Notes under the pieces: model-generated | Told to the model about the DNA's origin: nothing | Seen by the model: the letters and a program-made list of their open reading frames with translations, nothing else | The model's database searches: none | Program-made: the position numbers and the translations under genes | Assembly: GCA_038045705.1 (NCBI GenBank) | Contig: JBBSXO010000003.1 | Coordinates: 9,237-73,236 of the forward strand | Length of the DNA: 64,000 bases | Source of the DNA: Nanobdellota archaeon | GTDB taxonomy: Archaea > Nanobdellota > Nanobdellia > Pacearchaeales > GW2011-AR1 | Direction: 5' to 3' | Shown here: in pieces, positions 1 through 9,650 of the stretch | Layout: every line of letters starts with the position of its first letter | Position numbering within the stretch: the first letter of the stretch is position 1

Positions 1-591
1 CTAGTAGCAAGAAGTTTTGATATAAATAAACCAGGAACAAAACCAAATGATCTGCATGGAGCGGTAATGGGTGGAACTCTAAAATCTGGAAAACTAAAGG
101 TTGGAGATACAATAGAGATAAAACCTGGAATAATGATGAAAGAAGCAAATCAAATAAAATATAAAACAATCAAAACAAAAATAGTTTCTTTATACAAAGG
201 TTCAAGCAAGACAAATGAGATAACTCCTGGGGGAAATACTGCAATAGAAACAGAACTAGATATGTCAATAGGAAAAACAGACACATTATCTGGTTGCGTA
301 GTCTCAACAGAAAACAACTTACCTGAAATAAATAATAAAATTGTAATAAAACACCACTTATTTAAAGAATATGTTGGGGGAATCCAAATACCACCATTAA
401 AGCCAGGAGAAACATTAATGCTTTCAATAAATACTTCTGTAACGGTAGGCATAATTTCAAAACTAGGAAAAGAAGAAGCTGAAATTTCATTAAAAATTCC
501 AATAGTGCCTTTCAAAAACGACAAAGTAGGAATAGCAAGAAATATTAACAATCACTGGAGGCTAATAGGTCACGGAGAAATAGTAAGATAA
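1..591 (+). CDS. Translation initiation factor aIF2 gamma subunit, C-terminal fragment (5' end lies outside the window)
   Basis: The reading frame is open from base 1 (LVARSFDINKPGTKPNDLHGAVMGG...). Domain II/III-like sequence ends ...NHWRLIGHGEIVR, typical of aIF2-gamma/EF-Tu-family C-termini. Confidence 0.7.
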   Translation, partial: LVARSFDINKPGTKPNDLHGAVMGGTLKSGKLKVGDTIEIKPGIMMKEANQIKYKTIKTKIVSLYKGSSKTNEITPGGNTAIETELDMSIGKTDTLSGCVVSTENNLPEINNKIVIKHHLFKEYVGGIQIPPLKPGETLMLSINTSVTVGIISKLGKEEAEISLKIPIVPFKNDKVGIARNINNHWRLIGHGEIVR

Positions 592-595
592 CTCT

Positions 596-3406
596 ATGAG
601 TAGTTATATACAGAGAACAAATGGTCCTTGCGCAATTATTGCAGGAGCAGGGACTGGAAAAACAAGAAGCATAATAGAAAAGCTGAAATATATTATAGAA
701 AATAAAATCTATCCAATAGAAAAAGTAGTTTGTTTAACTTTCTCAAATGAGGCAGTTAATAACTTAATAGAAAGAATAATTCCCTATATTAAAAGCAAAG
801 AGCCAATAATAAGAACATTCCACTCTTTTTGTGCAGATCTATTAAGAGAACATGGTGAAAAAATAGGAATCAAAAAAAATTTTAGAATAATAACCCCAGA
901 TGAAGGTAAAATACTTTTACATAAATATTTCAAAGTAGTCCCAATATTATGTAATAAATATATAGATAAAATAGGAATGTTAAAAGACTTAGGAAAAAGT
1001 ATAACTAATTTTGAAAAAAATTCAAGAAATTCAGAAGATATTGCTAAACTATCAAAGGAACTTGAAGAAATCAATTTTAAAATAAATACGAGTCACATAA
1101 ACAAAATATCAAAATTTGATCTAGAAAAAATAAAAGAAGAAAGTGATACAATTGAAAAAGAAATAAAAGACGCAAAATTTATACAGACTTGGAAGTCTTA
1201 TGAAAAGATAAAACTAGCAAATAATGGTCTAGATTATTCAGATCTACACAATAAAGCTTTAGAACTTTTAACAGAAAATCATGAAATTGCAGATGATTTT
1301 GAATATGTAATAGTTGATGAGTTTCAAGATACAAACAAAATACAATGTTCTCTTCTTGATAAGATAGCTAAAAAAAGAAATATTACAGTAGTAGGTGATT
1401 TGAATCAATCAATATATCGTTTCAGAGGAGCATATGAAGATAATTTTAAATATTTTAGAGAGATAATGAATCTAAAGAAAGAAGACATATTCAGGTTAGA
1501 CAAATCATATAGATCGACTAACAATATCCTAGATATGGCTCATGAATTAATTCAAAATAATTATAAAAATAAAGAAGATTGTTTTAATGTAAAAAATGCT
1601 CACAATATCGAAGGCGAGAAAACAAAGATATATGAATTAAAAAATAGCAAGGAAGAGGTAAGAAAAATAATAGAAATAATAAAGGAAGAAATATCAAAAA
1701 ACACTCCTTTAAAACAAATATGTGTAATATTCAGAACACATCAACAATCATCAATGTTAAAAAAACAATTAGAATATGAAAACATCCCTTACACAAGCAT
1801 AAATAAGGATTCTTTATTAAAAGATCAAAAAATAAGACTTGTAAGATCATATCTAACGATAGTAGAAAAAATATCAAGTAAATCTAAAGGTGGAGAGTCT
1901 TCAATATGGGAAATAGTAAATCAATCAATAAAAGATACTAAAGACAATTTTAATATCACTCAAGAAATAAAAAAATGGAAGGATAAAAAAGAATTAATTT
2001 GTGAGGAATTCATAAATCATGAATTTGATTTATCAGAAAATGGAAAAATCCAGATAAACTTAATAAAATATATAATAAATTCAATTATAGAAAACTCAAA
2101 GCTAAAATCAGAAGAATTGATAAAAAAATCTTATGAGCTACTAGGAATAGGAGAAAAAGATTCAGTCCCATCACTTGAAAAATTCCACAAATTCGTAAAA
2201 GAATTACCAGAAAACGAAGCAGGAGATTTATCTGGATTAATATATCATTTAAACACAATAGATTCACTTGGCATAAACATTGAAGCACCTGAATTAGTAA
2301 AAGATGGTATAAAAATAATGACTAACCATTCAACAAAGGGTCTTGAGTATGATGTAGTCATAATGTCTTCAATAGTTCAAAAAAAGTTCCCAATTGAAAG
2401 AATAGATAAAAAAGACTCATTCAATGAAGAGACTGATAGTCTTGAGTCTCAAATATCAGAAGAAAGAAGATTATGTTATGTTGGTTTTACAAGAGCAAAA
2501 AAAAGACTTTATCTCACATTCGCAAAAGAATATGGACAAAGAAAATACGAACCAAGTCAATTCCTAAATGAAATAAGTTACATAGATAATAAATCAATAC
2601 AATTTATAAAAGATGATTCTGAATCTTATCAAACTCCTGATATAAATATCACACCAATAATTGAAATTAATGATGGGTATGTTTCTTTCTCACCTTCTTC
2701 CTTACAAATATTTGATGAATGCGAAAAGAGATACGAAATGAAATATATATACAACATGCCAGACCCAACACCTCAATCATGGGAAGCAATAACTCTAGGA
2801 ACATTTATACACAAAGTGCTAGATAAAGCTGTAAAGAATAAATGCAAATCATTAAAGGAAATTGAAGATATCGCAAAAATAATACAAATATCTGAATACA
2901 AAGAGCTCAATATTAATGAATCAATGCTAATGATAAAAGTATTCTTCGAAAGAAACAAAAAAATGTATGATGAAAACTCAATGACTGAAAAAAGTCTAAG
3001 AATAAAAATAGAGGGTTTAACATTTACAGGTTTTGCAGATAGAATAGACATTTCAGAAAACGGAGAAGTTACTATAGTAGATTACAAAACTGGAAAATAT
3101 GATATAAAACCTAGGTATAGAAATTGGCAATTAGGCATTTATGCAATGGCTTCTAAAGAAGAACTAGGAAAACCAAAGAGACTTATTTTAGATATGTTAC
3201 AAAAAGAAACACCTCTTGAGTTTGAATTAGATGACCAAGGAATAGCAAAAGAGATTCATAGTGCAAGAACATATTTTAATCTAAATGAAGTAAAAAAAGA
3301 GATAGTAGAAACAGCTAAAAAAATAATGATTGCCAGAAAAACAGGTTTCAGATTTTGCCAGGTGGAAAAGAACTGCCAATTCTGTGAAGATCTAATGAAA
3401 AAATAA
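596..3406 (+). CDS. UvrD/PcrA-family SF1 helicase fused to a C-terminal PD-(D/E)XK (RecB/Cas4-like) nuclease with a 4-Cys cluster
   Basis: Helicase motifs I AGAGTGKT, II VDEFQDT, III GDLNQSIYRFRGA, IV YRST, V TNHSTKGLEYDVV and VI VGFTRAKKRLYL are present. The C-terminus has GFADRIDISENGEVTIVDYKTGK and a QLGIYAMA-type motif, and cysteines at FDECEKRY plus CQVEKNCQFCEDL. Confidence 0.8.
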   Translation: MSSYIQRTNGPCAIIAGAGTGKTRSIIEKLKYIIENKIYPIEKVVCLTFSNEAVNNLIERIIPYIKSKEPIIRTFHSFCADLLREHGEKIGIKKNFRIITPDEGKILLHKYFKVVPILCNKYIDKIGMLKDLGKSITNFEKNSRNSEDIAKLSKELEEINFKINTSHINKISKFDLEKIKEESDTIEKEIKDAKFIQTWKSYEKIKLANNGLDYSDLHNKALELLTENHEIADDFEYVIVDEFQDTNKIQCSLLDKIAKKRNITVVGDLNQSIYRFRGAYEDNFKYFREIMNLKKEDIFRLDKSYRSTNNILDMAHELIQNNYKNKEDCFNVKNAHNIEGEKTKIYELKNSKEEVRKIIEIIKEEISKNTPLKQICVIFRTHQQSSMLKKQLEYENIPYTSINKDSLLKDQKIRLVRSYLTIVEKISSKSKGGESSIWEIVNQSIKDTKDNFNITQEIKKWKDKKELICEEFINHEFDLSENGKIQINLIKYIINSIIENSKLKSEELIKKSYELLGIGEKDSVPSLEKFHKFVKELPENEAGDLSGLIYHLNTIDSLGINIEAPELVKDGIKIMTNHSTKGLEYDVVIMSSIVQKKFPIERIDKKDSFNEETDSLESQISEERRLCYVGFTRAKKRLYLTFAKEYGQRKYEPSQFLNEISYIDNKSIQFIKDDSESYQTPDINITPIIEINDGYVSFSPSSLQIFDECEKRYEMKYIYNMPDPTPQSWEAITLGTFIHKVLDKAVKNKCKSLKEIEDIAKIIQISEYKELNINESMLMIKVFFERNKKMYDENSMTEKSLRIKIEGLTFTGFADRIDISENGEVTIVDYKTGKYDIKPRYRNWQLGIYAMASKEELGKPKRLILDMLQKETPLEFELDDQGIAKEIHSARTYFNLNEVKKEIVETAKKIMIARKTGFRFCQVEKNCQFCEDLMKK

Positions 3407-3409
3407 ATA

Positions 3410-3739
3410 CTATCTTACATCAAGATTATTCATTTTTTGGTAAGTTTTCTTACATTTTTCAACAGCAGCATAACCCATAGCAAAGGCTAAACTTGCGGAT
3501 AAGTTATCTTCCCACACAGGTTGTACTCCAAATATAGAATATACTGAATTTGATATGTCTGCAACATAGGCTATACCCATTCCAAGTAAAAGTTTATCTA
3601 AAAAGTTGCGAGGTGCATGAGTAGGCATGTAATTTCTATCAGGATTAGCTAAAATAGATCCAGCTATTAAACCCACTCCAAATTGTAATCCTATATTGAG
3701 TGGTACCAAGTTAACTTCTAAAAGTTCAATTAAATTCAT
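3410..3739 (-). CDS. Hypothetical small membrane protein
   Basis: A 109-aa ORF with two hydrophobic segments. No recognisable motif. Confidence 0.35.
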   Translation of the reverse strand: MNLIELLEVNLVPLNIGLQFGVGLIAGSILANPDRNYMPTHAPRNFLDKLLLGMGIAYVADISNSVYSIFGVQPVWEDNLSASLAFAMGYAAVEKCKKTYQKMNNLDVR

Positions 3740-3770
3740 ATAAAAAGCTCAAAATTTTGAGTTTATAAAA

Positions 3771-4187
3771 CTACCTTAAATCTTCTGGCACTCTATAATC
3801 TACCCATTCTACATTCTTATTTTCAATTGCTTCTTTAACAGACTTCTCAGTTCCAGAAAGTTTAGATTTCCCACTCTTGACTTCAACAAAACTAACTCCT
3901 GTTACATTTTTTTCATCAAGCCCATGAAACACTATAAAATCAACTGGCTTTCCTATAAATTTGCATTCAGTAGGCTTGAAAGGAAAATTAGGCAAATAAG
4001 GAGCAAGTTGTTCTGAAAAATTCCCAGCAAGAACAGCCCTAGATCTAGAAATAGCATCTTGTCTGTGAAAATCAATTTGACTTTCCCAATATCTATTACG
4101 TTTCCAAGAAGCAAGAGCATGTCCAATTAAGTAACCAATAATTACTGCAACAAGAACAATAATTATTGTTATTATATCTAAGACCAT
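3771..4187 (-). CDS. Membrane-anchored Hjc-like PD-(D/E)XK endonuclease (COG4741-like)
   Basis: An N-terminal TM helix is followed by a C-terminal FIGKPVDFIVFHG...VSFVEVKSGKSKLS D-x-EVK-type nuclease signature. Confidence 0.5.
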   Translation of the reverse strand: MVLDIITIIIVLVAVIIGYLIGHALASWKRNRYWESQIDFHRQDAISRSRAVLAGNFSEQLAPYLPNFPFKPTECKFIGKPVDFIVFHGLDEKNVTGVSFVEVKSGKSKLSGTEKSVKEAIENKNVEWVDYRVPEDLR

Positions 4188-4301
4188 AAGATAAGCAGAT
4201 AATAAAGGTTAATAAAATCAGTTATTTTAAATTATAGATTAAATATTTTATAGTAATGGTTGCGTTCAATACCTTTCAGGCAGGTTACTGTGAAATGTAT
4301 G

Positions 4302-4637
4302 CTAAACCAAAACAATTTTGCTAATTGCTTCTTTTATTTCCTTTATCTCTTTTGTTGCTGTAACCCAAACTCTGCTTAAGCTGGCTTCAAAATAAGAATG
4401 TATAATAAAATTTCTATAGTTTGACACTTTAGACCAAGGAACATGTTTATTTTTTTCCTTTAAAGATCTAGGAATATTGTTGCTTGCCTCGCCAATTATT
4501 TCAAGTCTTCTTATGATAGCATCTTGAAGCATTACATTTTTACTAAATGACTCTTCAGAAATTCCTTGAACATATTTTTCTATCTGAATTATACAATCTT
4601 TTATGTCTTGAATGTATAGCTTATAATCTCTTTTCAT
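4302..4637 (-). CDS. hepT: HepT-like (DUF86) toxin, nucleotidyltransferase-substrate-binding family
   Basis: Carries the R-x4-H-x-Y motif (YRNFIIHSYF). It overlaps the upstream MNT gene by 4 nt. Confidence 0.7.
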   Translation of the reverse strand: MKRDYKLYIQDIKDCIIQIEKYVQGISEESFSKNVMLQDAIIRRLEIIGEASNNIPRSLKEKNKHVPWSKVSNYRNFIIHSYFEASLSRVWVTATKEIKEIKEAISKIVLV

Positions 4638-4921
4638 AACACTCTTACTTCATCCTTTAAAATGGATTTCTTTAATTCTTTTCTTATAGTGGAATATTCT
4701 ACCAAGTCCACCTTTCTTTTAAGACGTTTCTCTAGCAAAATTTTAAGGCTTATTAGTGAAGAAAAACCTTTTCCATCATTCATCTCTATTAGTATATCTA
4801 CATCACTTCCCTTTTTTTCATCACCTCTAGCATAACTTCCAAATATGCCTGCCTTTGTAACATTGTACTCTTGAAGTAATGGAACTATCTTTTCTTTTAG
4901 CTCTTGTAAGGATTTTTTCAT
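4634..4921 (-). CDS. mntA: MNT-type minimal nucleotidyltransferase antitoxin
   Basis: Carries GSYARGDEKKGSDVDIL (GS-x9-DxD nucleotidyltransferase motif). Paired with HepT. Confidence 0.75.
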   Translation of the reverse strand: MKKSLQELKEKIVPLLQEYNVTKAGIFGSYARGDEKKGSDVDILIEMNDGKGFSSLISLKILLEKRLKRKVDLVEYSTIRKELKKSILKDEVRVL

Positions 4922-4998
4922 ATTTTTATAGAAGATTAGAAGTTTTTAACACTTTTGAATACTAGAAAAAAGTTAAGCTAATATACGCAGTTCAAGAA

Positions 4999-7539
4999 TC
5001 AAACTTTAACTTCTTCATCAGCAACTAAAACAACATCTGCAATCTTATCACTTTCTTTAAGCTTAACAACTCTAACTCCCTGAGTAGCCCTTCCCATTTC
5101 CCTCATTTCATCCATTGAAATTCTAACAACCATTCCCTGTTTTGTCGTTGCGATAATTGAAGAGTCTTCAGTAACAGGTAAAGATCTCACAACACTACCA
5201 TTTTTATCTTCAGTTCTTATATTAATAACACCCTTACCACCTCTTCCAGTCAAGCGGTAATCTTCTAGAGCACTTCTTTTACCATATCCTTTATCAGTAA
5301 CGCTCAAGATAGAAGTCTTTTGTGCATCCTTCATTGGAACAGGAACTAAAGAAACAACTTCGTCTTTTGAATTCAGTTCTATCCCCTTAACTCCATAACT
5401 AGCACGACCCATTTGTCTAACTTCATCCGCATTGAAACGTATAGCTTTCCCATCACTTGTAGTTAGTAAAACTTCCTGTTTATCACTAACACGCATAACA
5501 CTAATTAAAATATCGCTCCCATCAACAGGCATGTTCATTACACGCACACCAGTACTCCTAGGCTTAGCAACATCACTCACAGCTATCTTCTTTACTATCC
5601 CTAGTTTAGTTACAAACATCAAGTATCCTTTGTCAAAATCTGAAACAGAAAGTACATTAGCGATAGTTTCATCACGTAAATCCAAAACATTCACAAGTGC
5701 CTTTCCCTTGCTCTGGCGTTCGCTCGCAGGAACATCATTTGCCTTAAGCCAATATAACCTTCCCCTAGAAGTAAAGAATAGCAAATGATCATGAGTAGAA
5801 CATGTAATCAAGCGAGTTACAAAGTCTTCTTCCTTTAAGTCAGCACCAGTAACGCCAACTCCACCCCTTTTTTGTTCCTTGTAAACTTTAACATCTACTC
5901 GTTTAATATAACCTGAATTAGTGATCATAACAACAACATCTTTCTTCTCAACAAGATCATGTTCTGTAATTTCATCAACATTACGTATTAATTTAGTTCT
6001 TCTATCATCTCCAAATTTAGATTTTATTTCATTAATTTCTTTCTTAATTACTTTTAATATTTCTTTTTCATCTCCTAAAATACTCTTAAGTTCAGTAATC
6101 AATTCTTTCAGTTTCTTTTCTTCATCTCTAAGTTTATCAGCTTCAAGATGAGTTAATTGCTGTAATCTTATCTCAAGTACTGCTTTAGCTTGTCTATCTG
6201 TCATGCTAAATTTCTTCATGAGTCCTTCATGAGCAGCTTTTGTATCTTCAGATTTTCTTATTAATGCAACGACGGCATCAATATCTTTGAGAGCTAGTAA
6301 AAGTCCCAAAACAAGTTCAAGGCGTTCTTGTGCCTTGTTTAAATCAAATTCACTTCTTCTTCGAACAACAAGTTGACGATATTTGATATATTCTGTTATA
6401 ATATCTAGTAAATTCAAAACTCTAGGTTGCTTGCCAACTAGAGCAAGCAAGTTAGCATCGAAACTAGTTTGGATATTAGTCATTTTATACAATTGATTCA
6501 TTGTAAATTTAGGCTCGACACCTTTTTTCAATTCAATGACAATTCTTACTTTGCCTCTTGCAGACTCATCTCTTAAATCTGAGATATCTGGAAGTTTTTT
6601 TTCAGTCGCAAGCTGAGCAATATTCTTTACGAGTTCAGCTTTATTTACCATATAAGGTATCTCTGTAATGATAATTGAAGTTTTTCCTTTTTTATCCTCT
6701 TCAATTTCGCTTCTAGCACGAATAATTATTTTACCTTTACCATTTCTATACATTTCTTTAATTCCTGGGCCGGTAATTAAACCGCCAGTAGGAAAATCAG
6801 GTCCCTTAACAATCCCAATCAAATCTTCAACAGTTGCATTTGGATTTTCTATAATATGAATAACTGCATCAGAAATTTCAGTTAAATTATGAGGTGGAAT
6901 ATTTGTTGCCATACCAACAGCAATACCAGTTGCACCATTAAGCAAAAGGTTAGGCAATTTAGCAGGAAGTGTTTCAGGTTCCTTCAAATCATTAGAAAAG
7001 TTAGGTCTCATCTTTACAGTATCTTTTTCAATATCTGCAAGTAACTCTTCTGATATTTTACTTAGTTTTGCCTCGGTGTAACGATCTGCTGCCGGAGAAT
7101 CTCCATCCATGTTTCCAAAATTACCTTGCCCATGCACCAAAGGATAACGCAGAGAAAAGTCCTGAGCCATACGCACCAAAGAATCATAAATTGCCAGATT
7201 ACCATGAGGGTGATAATTACCCATTGTCTCTCCTACAATTTTAGCACATTTACGAGTAGGTTTACTATAATCTAAACCCATAACATTCATAGCATATAAT
7301 ATTCTTCTATGTACGGGCTTAAGTCCATCTTCAACAGAAGGCAATGCTCTATCAACTATAACGGACATTGCATAATCAATGAATGCCTGTTCCATCTCTT
7401 CAACAATTTCGACTCCAAAAACTCCTTTCTCTTCTCCTATTTGTTCTTTCTCACGACGTTTCTGTTCAGCCTTCAGTACTTCTTCTTCAATAGCATCTTC
7501 TTTCTTATTATCTTCTTCAGCCATTTCCAACCCCCTCAA
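4999..7539 (-). CDS. gyrA: DNA gyrase subunit A
   Basis: Contains YAMSVIVDRALP...DGLKPVHRRILY with the active-site region, and 846 aa is the expected length. A charged ~40-aa N-terminal extension is present. Confidence 0.95.
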   Translation of the reverse strand: MRGLEMAEEDNKKEDAIEEEVLKAEQKRREKEQIGEEKGVFGVEIVEEMEQAFIDYAMSVIVDRALPSVEDGLKPVHRRILYAMNVMGLDYSKPTRKCAKIVGETMGNYHPHGNLAIYDSLVRMAQDFSLRYPLVHGQGNFGNMDGDSPAADRYTEAKLSKISEELLADIEKDTVKMRPNFSNDLKEPETLPAKLPNLLLNGATGIAVGMATNIPPHNLTEISDAVIHIIENPNATVEDLIGIVKGPDFPTGGLITGPGIKEMYRNGKGKIIIRARSEIEEDKKGKTSIIITEIPYMVNKAELVKNIAQLATEKKLPDISDLRDESARGKVRIVIELKKGVEPKFTMNQLYKMTNIQTSFDANLLALVGKQPRVLNLLDIITEYIKYRQLVVRRRSEFDLNKAQERLELVLGLLLALKDIDAVVALIRKSEDTKAAHEGLMKKFSMTDRQAKAVLEIRLQQLTHLEADKLRDEEKKLKELITELKSILGDEKEILKVIKKEINEIKSKFGDDRRTKLIRNVDEITEHDLVEKKDVVVMITNSGYIKRVDVKVYKEQKRGGVGVTGADLKEEDFVTRLITCSTHDHLLFFTSRGRLYWLKANDVPASERQSKGKALVNVLDLRDETIANVLSVSDFDKGYLMFVTKLGIVKKIAVSDVAKPRSTGVRVMNMPVDGSDILISVMRVSDKQEVLLTTSDGKAIRFNADEVRQMGRASYGVKGIELNSKDEVVSLVPVPMKDAQKTSILSVTDKGYGKRSALEDYRLTGRGGKGVINIRTEDKNGSVVRSLPVTEDSSIIATTKQGMVVRISMDEMREMGRATQGVRVVKLKESDKIADVVLVADEEVKV

Positions 7540-7747
7540 TTTGTTTATTAGACTCAGGTAAGTTTTCTACTTCAACATTATTTTCTTCATGTGAATAAGT
7601 AACAGCTAAATCTAAGTCTGATGCAAGTGGAAACTGAATATTTGTTTTATGTTCTTTCAATTCCATTAAGTGAGCAATCATTTCATCTATTTCATCTTCG
7701 CTCAAAGTCACATCAATTACTTCTATCTCTTCATGTTCTTCTACCAT
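7517..7747 (-). CDS. Hypothetical small acidic protein between gyrB and gyrA
   Basis: The ATG lies 2 nt after the gyrB stop and the ORF fills the gyrB-gyrA gap (MVEEHEEIEVIDVTLSEDEIDEM...). No known motif. Confidence 0.35.
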   Translation of the reverse strand: MVEEHEEIEVIDVTLSEDEIDEMIAHLMELKEHKTNIQFPLASDLDLAVTYSHEENNVEVENLPESNKQIEGVGNG

Positions 7748-7748
7748 T

Positions 7749-9650
7749 TTAAATATCAATTTGCGCCTCCGACGCTCTTTCTGCAATAAACTGCTTTCGG
7801 TGCTCAACCTCATCACCCATCAGTTTAGAGAATACTTCATCAGCTTTTACTCCATCCTCAATTTTTACTCTCTTTAACATTCGAGTTTTAGGATTCATAG
7901 TAGTGTCCCATAACTGATCAGCATTCATTTCTCCAAGACCCTTAAATCTTTGAACATCCACATTACCACCAAGTTTAGAAATCAGTTCTTTTAATTCTTT
8001 ATCTGAATAGACATAATGATCTCCACGCTTACGTACTCTGTATAAAGGAGATACTGCAATGTAAATATGCCCATTCTCAATTAGTTTTGGAGTGAATCTA
8101 AAAAAGAAAGTAAGCAAAAGTGTTCTAATGTGTGCTCCATCCACATCAGCGTCAGTCATAATAATTATTTTAGAATATCTTAATTTAGAAATATCAAACT
8201 GCTCATTTATTCCTGCTCCTGTAGCCGTAATCATATTTGTAATTTCTTCATTTGATAAAACCTTAACTGGCTGAGCTTTCTCAACATTCAAAATCTTACC
8301 CTTTAAAGGTAATATTGCTTGAAATTCTTTATTACGTGCTTGTTTGCTACTGCCAGCCGCAGAATCTCCTTCCACAAGGTAAAGTTCAGTTTCTTCAGTC
8401 TTATTAGAAGAACAATCTGCAAGTTTGCCAGGAAGACCTCCAACTGAAAACGCATTCTTTCTACGAATCAATTCTTTAGCTTTCTTAGCAGCATTACGCG
8501 CCCTTTGTCCTTCAATTGCTTTATCGACAATTTTACGAGCAACTTGAGGGTTCTCTTCAAAAAACTCAGTCATTGCAAGCATAGAAACGCTATCAACTAT
8601 TCCCTTAACATCGCTATTGCCTAACTTTGTCTTCGTCTGTCCTTCAAATTGTGGTTCTGGAACTTTAACGGAAATTATAGCAGTCAAACCTTCACGAACA
8701 TCATCGCCTGTAACATTTCCATCCTTAAGCAGTTTACTCTTATTCCCATAATCATTTATTGCGCGAGTTAGTGCCGTCTTAAATCCTACAACATGAGTCC
8801 CGCCCTCAATAGTATTAATTGTATTAACGAAACTCAAAACGTTTTCCTGATAACCATCATTATATTGAACTGCACACTCCACAAACATTTTATCTTGTTC
8901 TTTCATGAAATAAACAGGTTTAAGATGAATTGGTTGTCTTGTCCTATTAACCCATTTCACAAAATCAATGAGACCACCCTCATAACTAAAAATCTCTTTC
9001 TTATTAGTTATCTTATCAGTTAAACTGATTTTTACACCTTTGTTCAAGAATGCAATTTCTCTAAATCTAGTTTCTAAAACAGAAAAATCAAACTTAGTTG
9101 TTGAAAATATAGTTTCATCAGGAGTAAAAGTAACTGAAGTCCCTGTCTGTTTTTTATCACAATCTCCAACGGTCTTCAATTTATAGATTGGTTTACCAAT
9201 TTCATATTCTTGCTGATATATTTTACCATCTCTCTTAATTACAACCTTGAAACTCTTAGATAAAGCTGCAACGACGCTTATACCAACTCCGTGAAGTCCT
9301 CCTGAAATCTTATAACTCCCCTTATCGAACTTTCCTCCAGCGTGCAATTTAGTGATTACAACTTCGACAGTAGGAATTTTATAAACTGGATGAGGGTCAA
9401 CAGGAATCCCACGACCATTATCTTCAACAGTTACGCTACCATCAGCATTAAGGGTAATGTCAATGTCGGTACAATAACCAGCCATAGCCTCATCAACAGA
9501 GTTATCTACTATTTCATCAACAAGTTTATGTAGGCCATATTTGCTCGTGCTACCAATATACATACTTGGTCTATGTCTTACTCCTTCCAAACCTTCCAGT
9601 ACCTTAATATTTTCTCCAGAGTAATTTTTTGCTTCTTTTTCAGATGCCAT
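7749..9650 (-). CDS. gyrB: DNA gyrase subunit B
   Basis: N-terminal YSGENIKVLEGLEGVRHRPSMYIGST, GHKL ATPase and Toprim motifs, 633 aa. Confidence 0.95.
   Translation of the reverse strand: MASEKEAKNYSGENIKVLEGLEGVRHRPSMYIGSTSKYGLHKLVDEIVDNSVDEAMAGYCTDIDITLNADGSVTVEDNGRGIPVDPHPVYKIPTVEVVITKLHAGGKFDKGSYKISGGLHGVGISVVAALSKSFKVVIKRDGKIYQQEYEIGKPIYKLKTVGDCDKKQTGTSVTFTPDETIFSTTKFDFSVLETRFREIAFLNKGVKISLTDKITNKKEIFSYEGGLIDFVKWVNRTRQPIHLKPVYFMKEQDKMFVECAVQYNDGYQENVLSFVNTINTIEGGTHVVGFKTALTRAINDYGNKSKLLKDGNVTGDDVREGLTAIISVKVPEPQFEGQTKTKLGNSDVKGIVDSVSMLAMTEFFEENPQVARKIVDKAIEGQRARNAAKKAKELIRRKNAFSVGGLPGKLADCSSNKTEETELYLVEGDSAAGSSKQARNKEFQAILPLKGKILNVEKAQPVKVLSNEEITNMITATGAGINEQFDISKLRYSKIIIMTDADVDGAHIRTLLLTFFFRFTPKLIENGHIYIAVSPLYRVRKRGDHYVYSDKELKELISKLGGNVDVQRFKGLGEMNADQLWDTTMNPKTRMLKRVKIEDGVKADEVFSKLMGDEVEHRKQFIAERASEAQIDI

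Noticed and set aside
596-3406. Cas4 / CRISPR-associated role for the nuclease domain of the helicase fusion
   Set aside because: No CRISPR repeats or other cas genes are in the window. The PD-(D/E)XK + Fe-S domain is shared with AddB/RecB-family repair nucleases.
5432-7561. Several + strand ORFs (5432-5788, 5921-6151, 6668-6859, 7309-7551, 7379-7561) inside gyrA
   Set aside because: They are antisense to a confidently identified gyrA and have low-complexity S/F/L-rich translations typical of AT-rich antisense frames.
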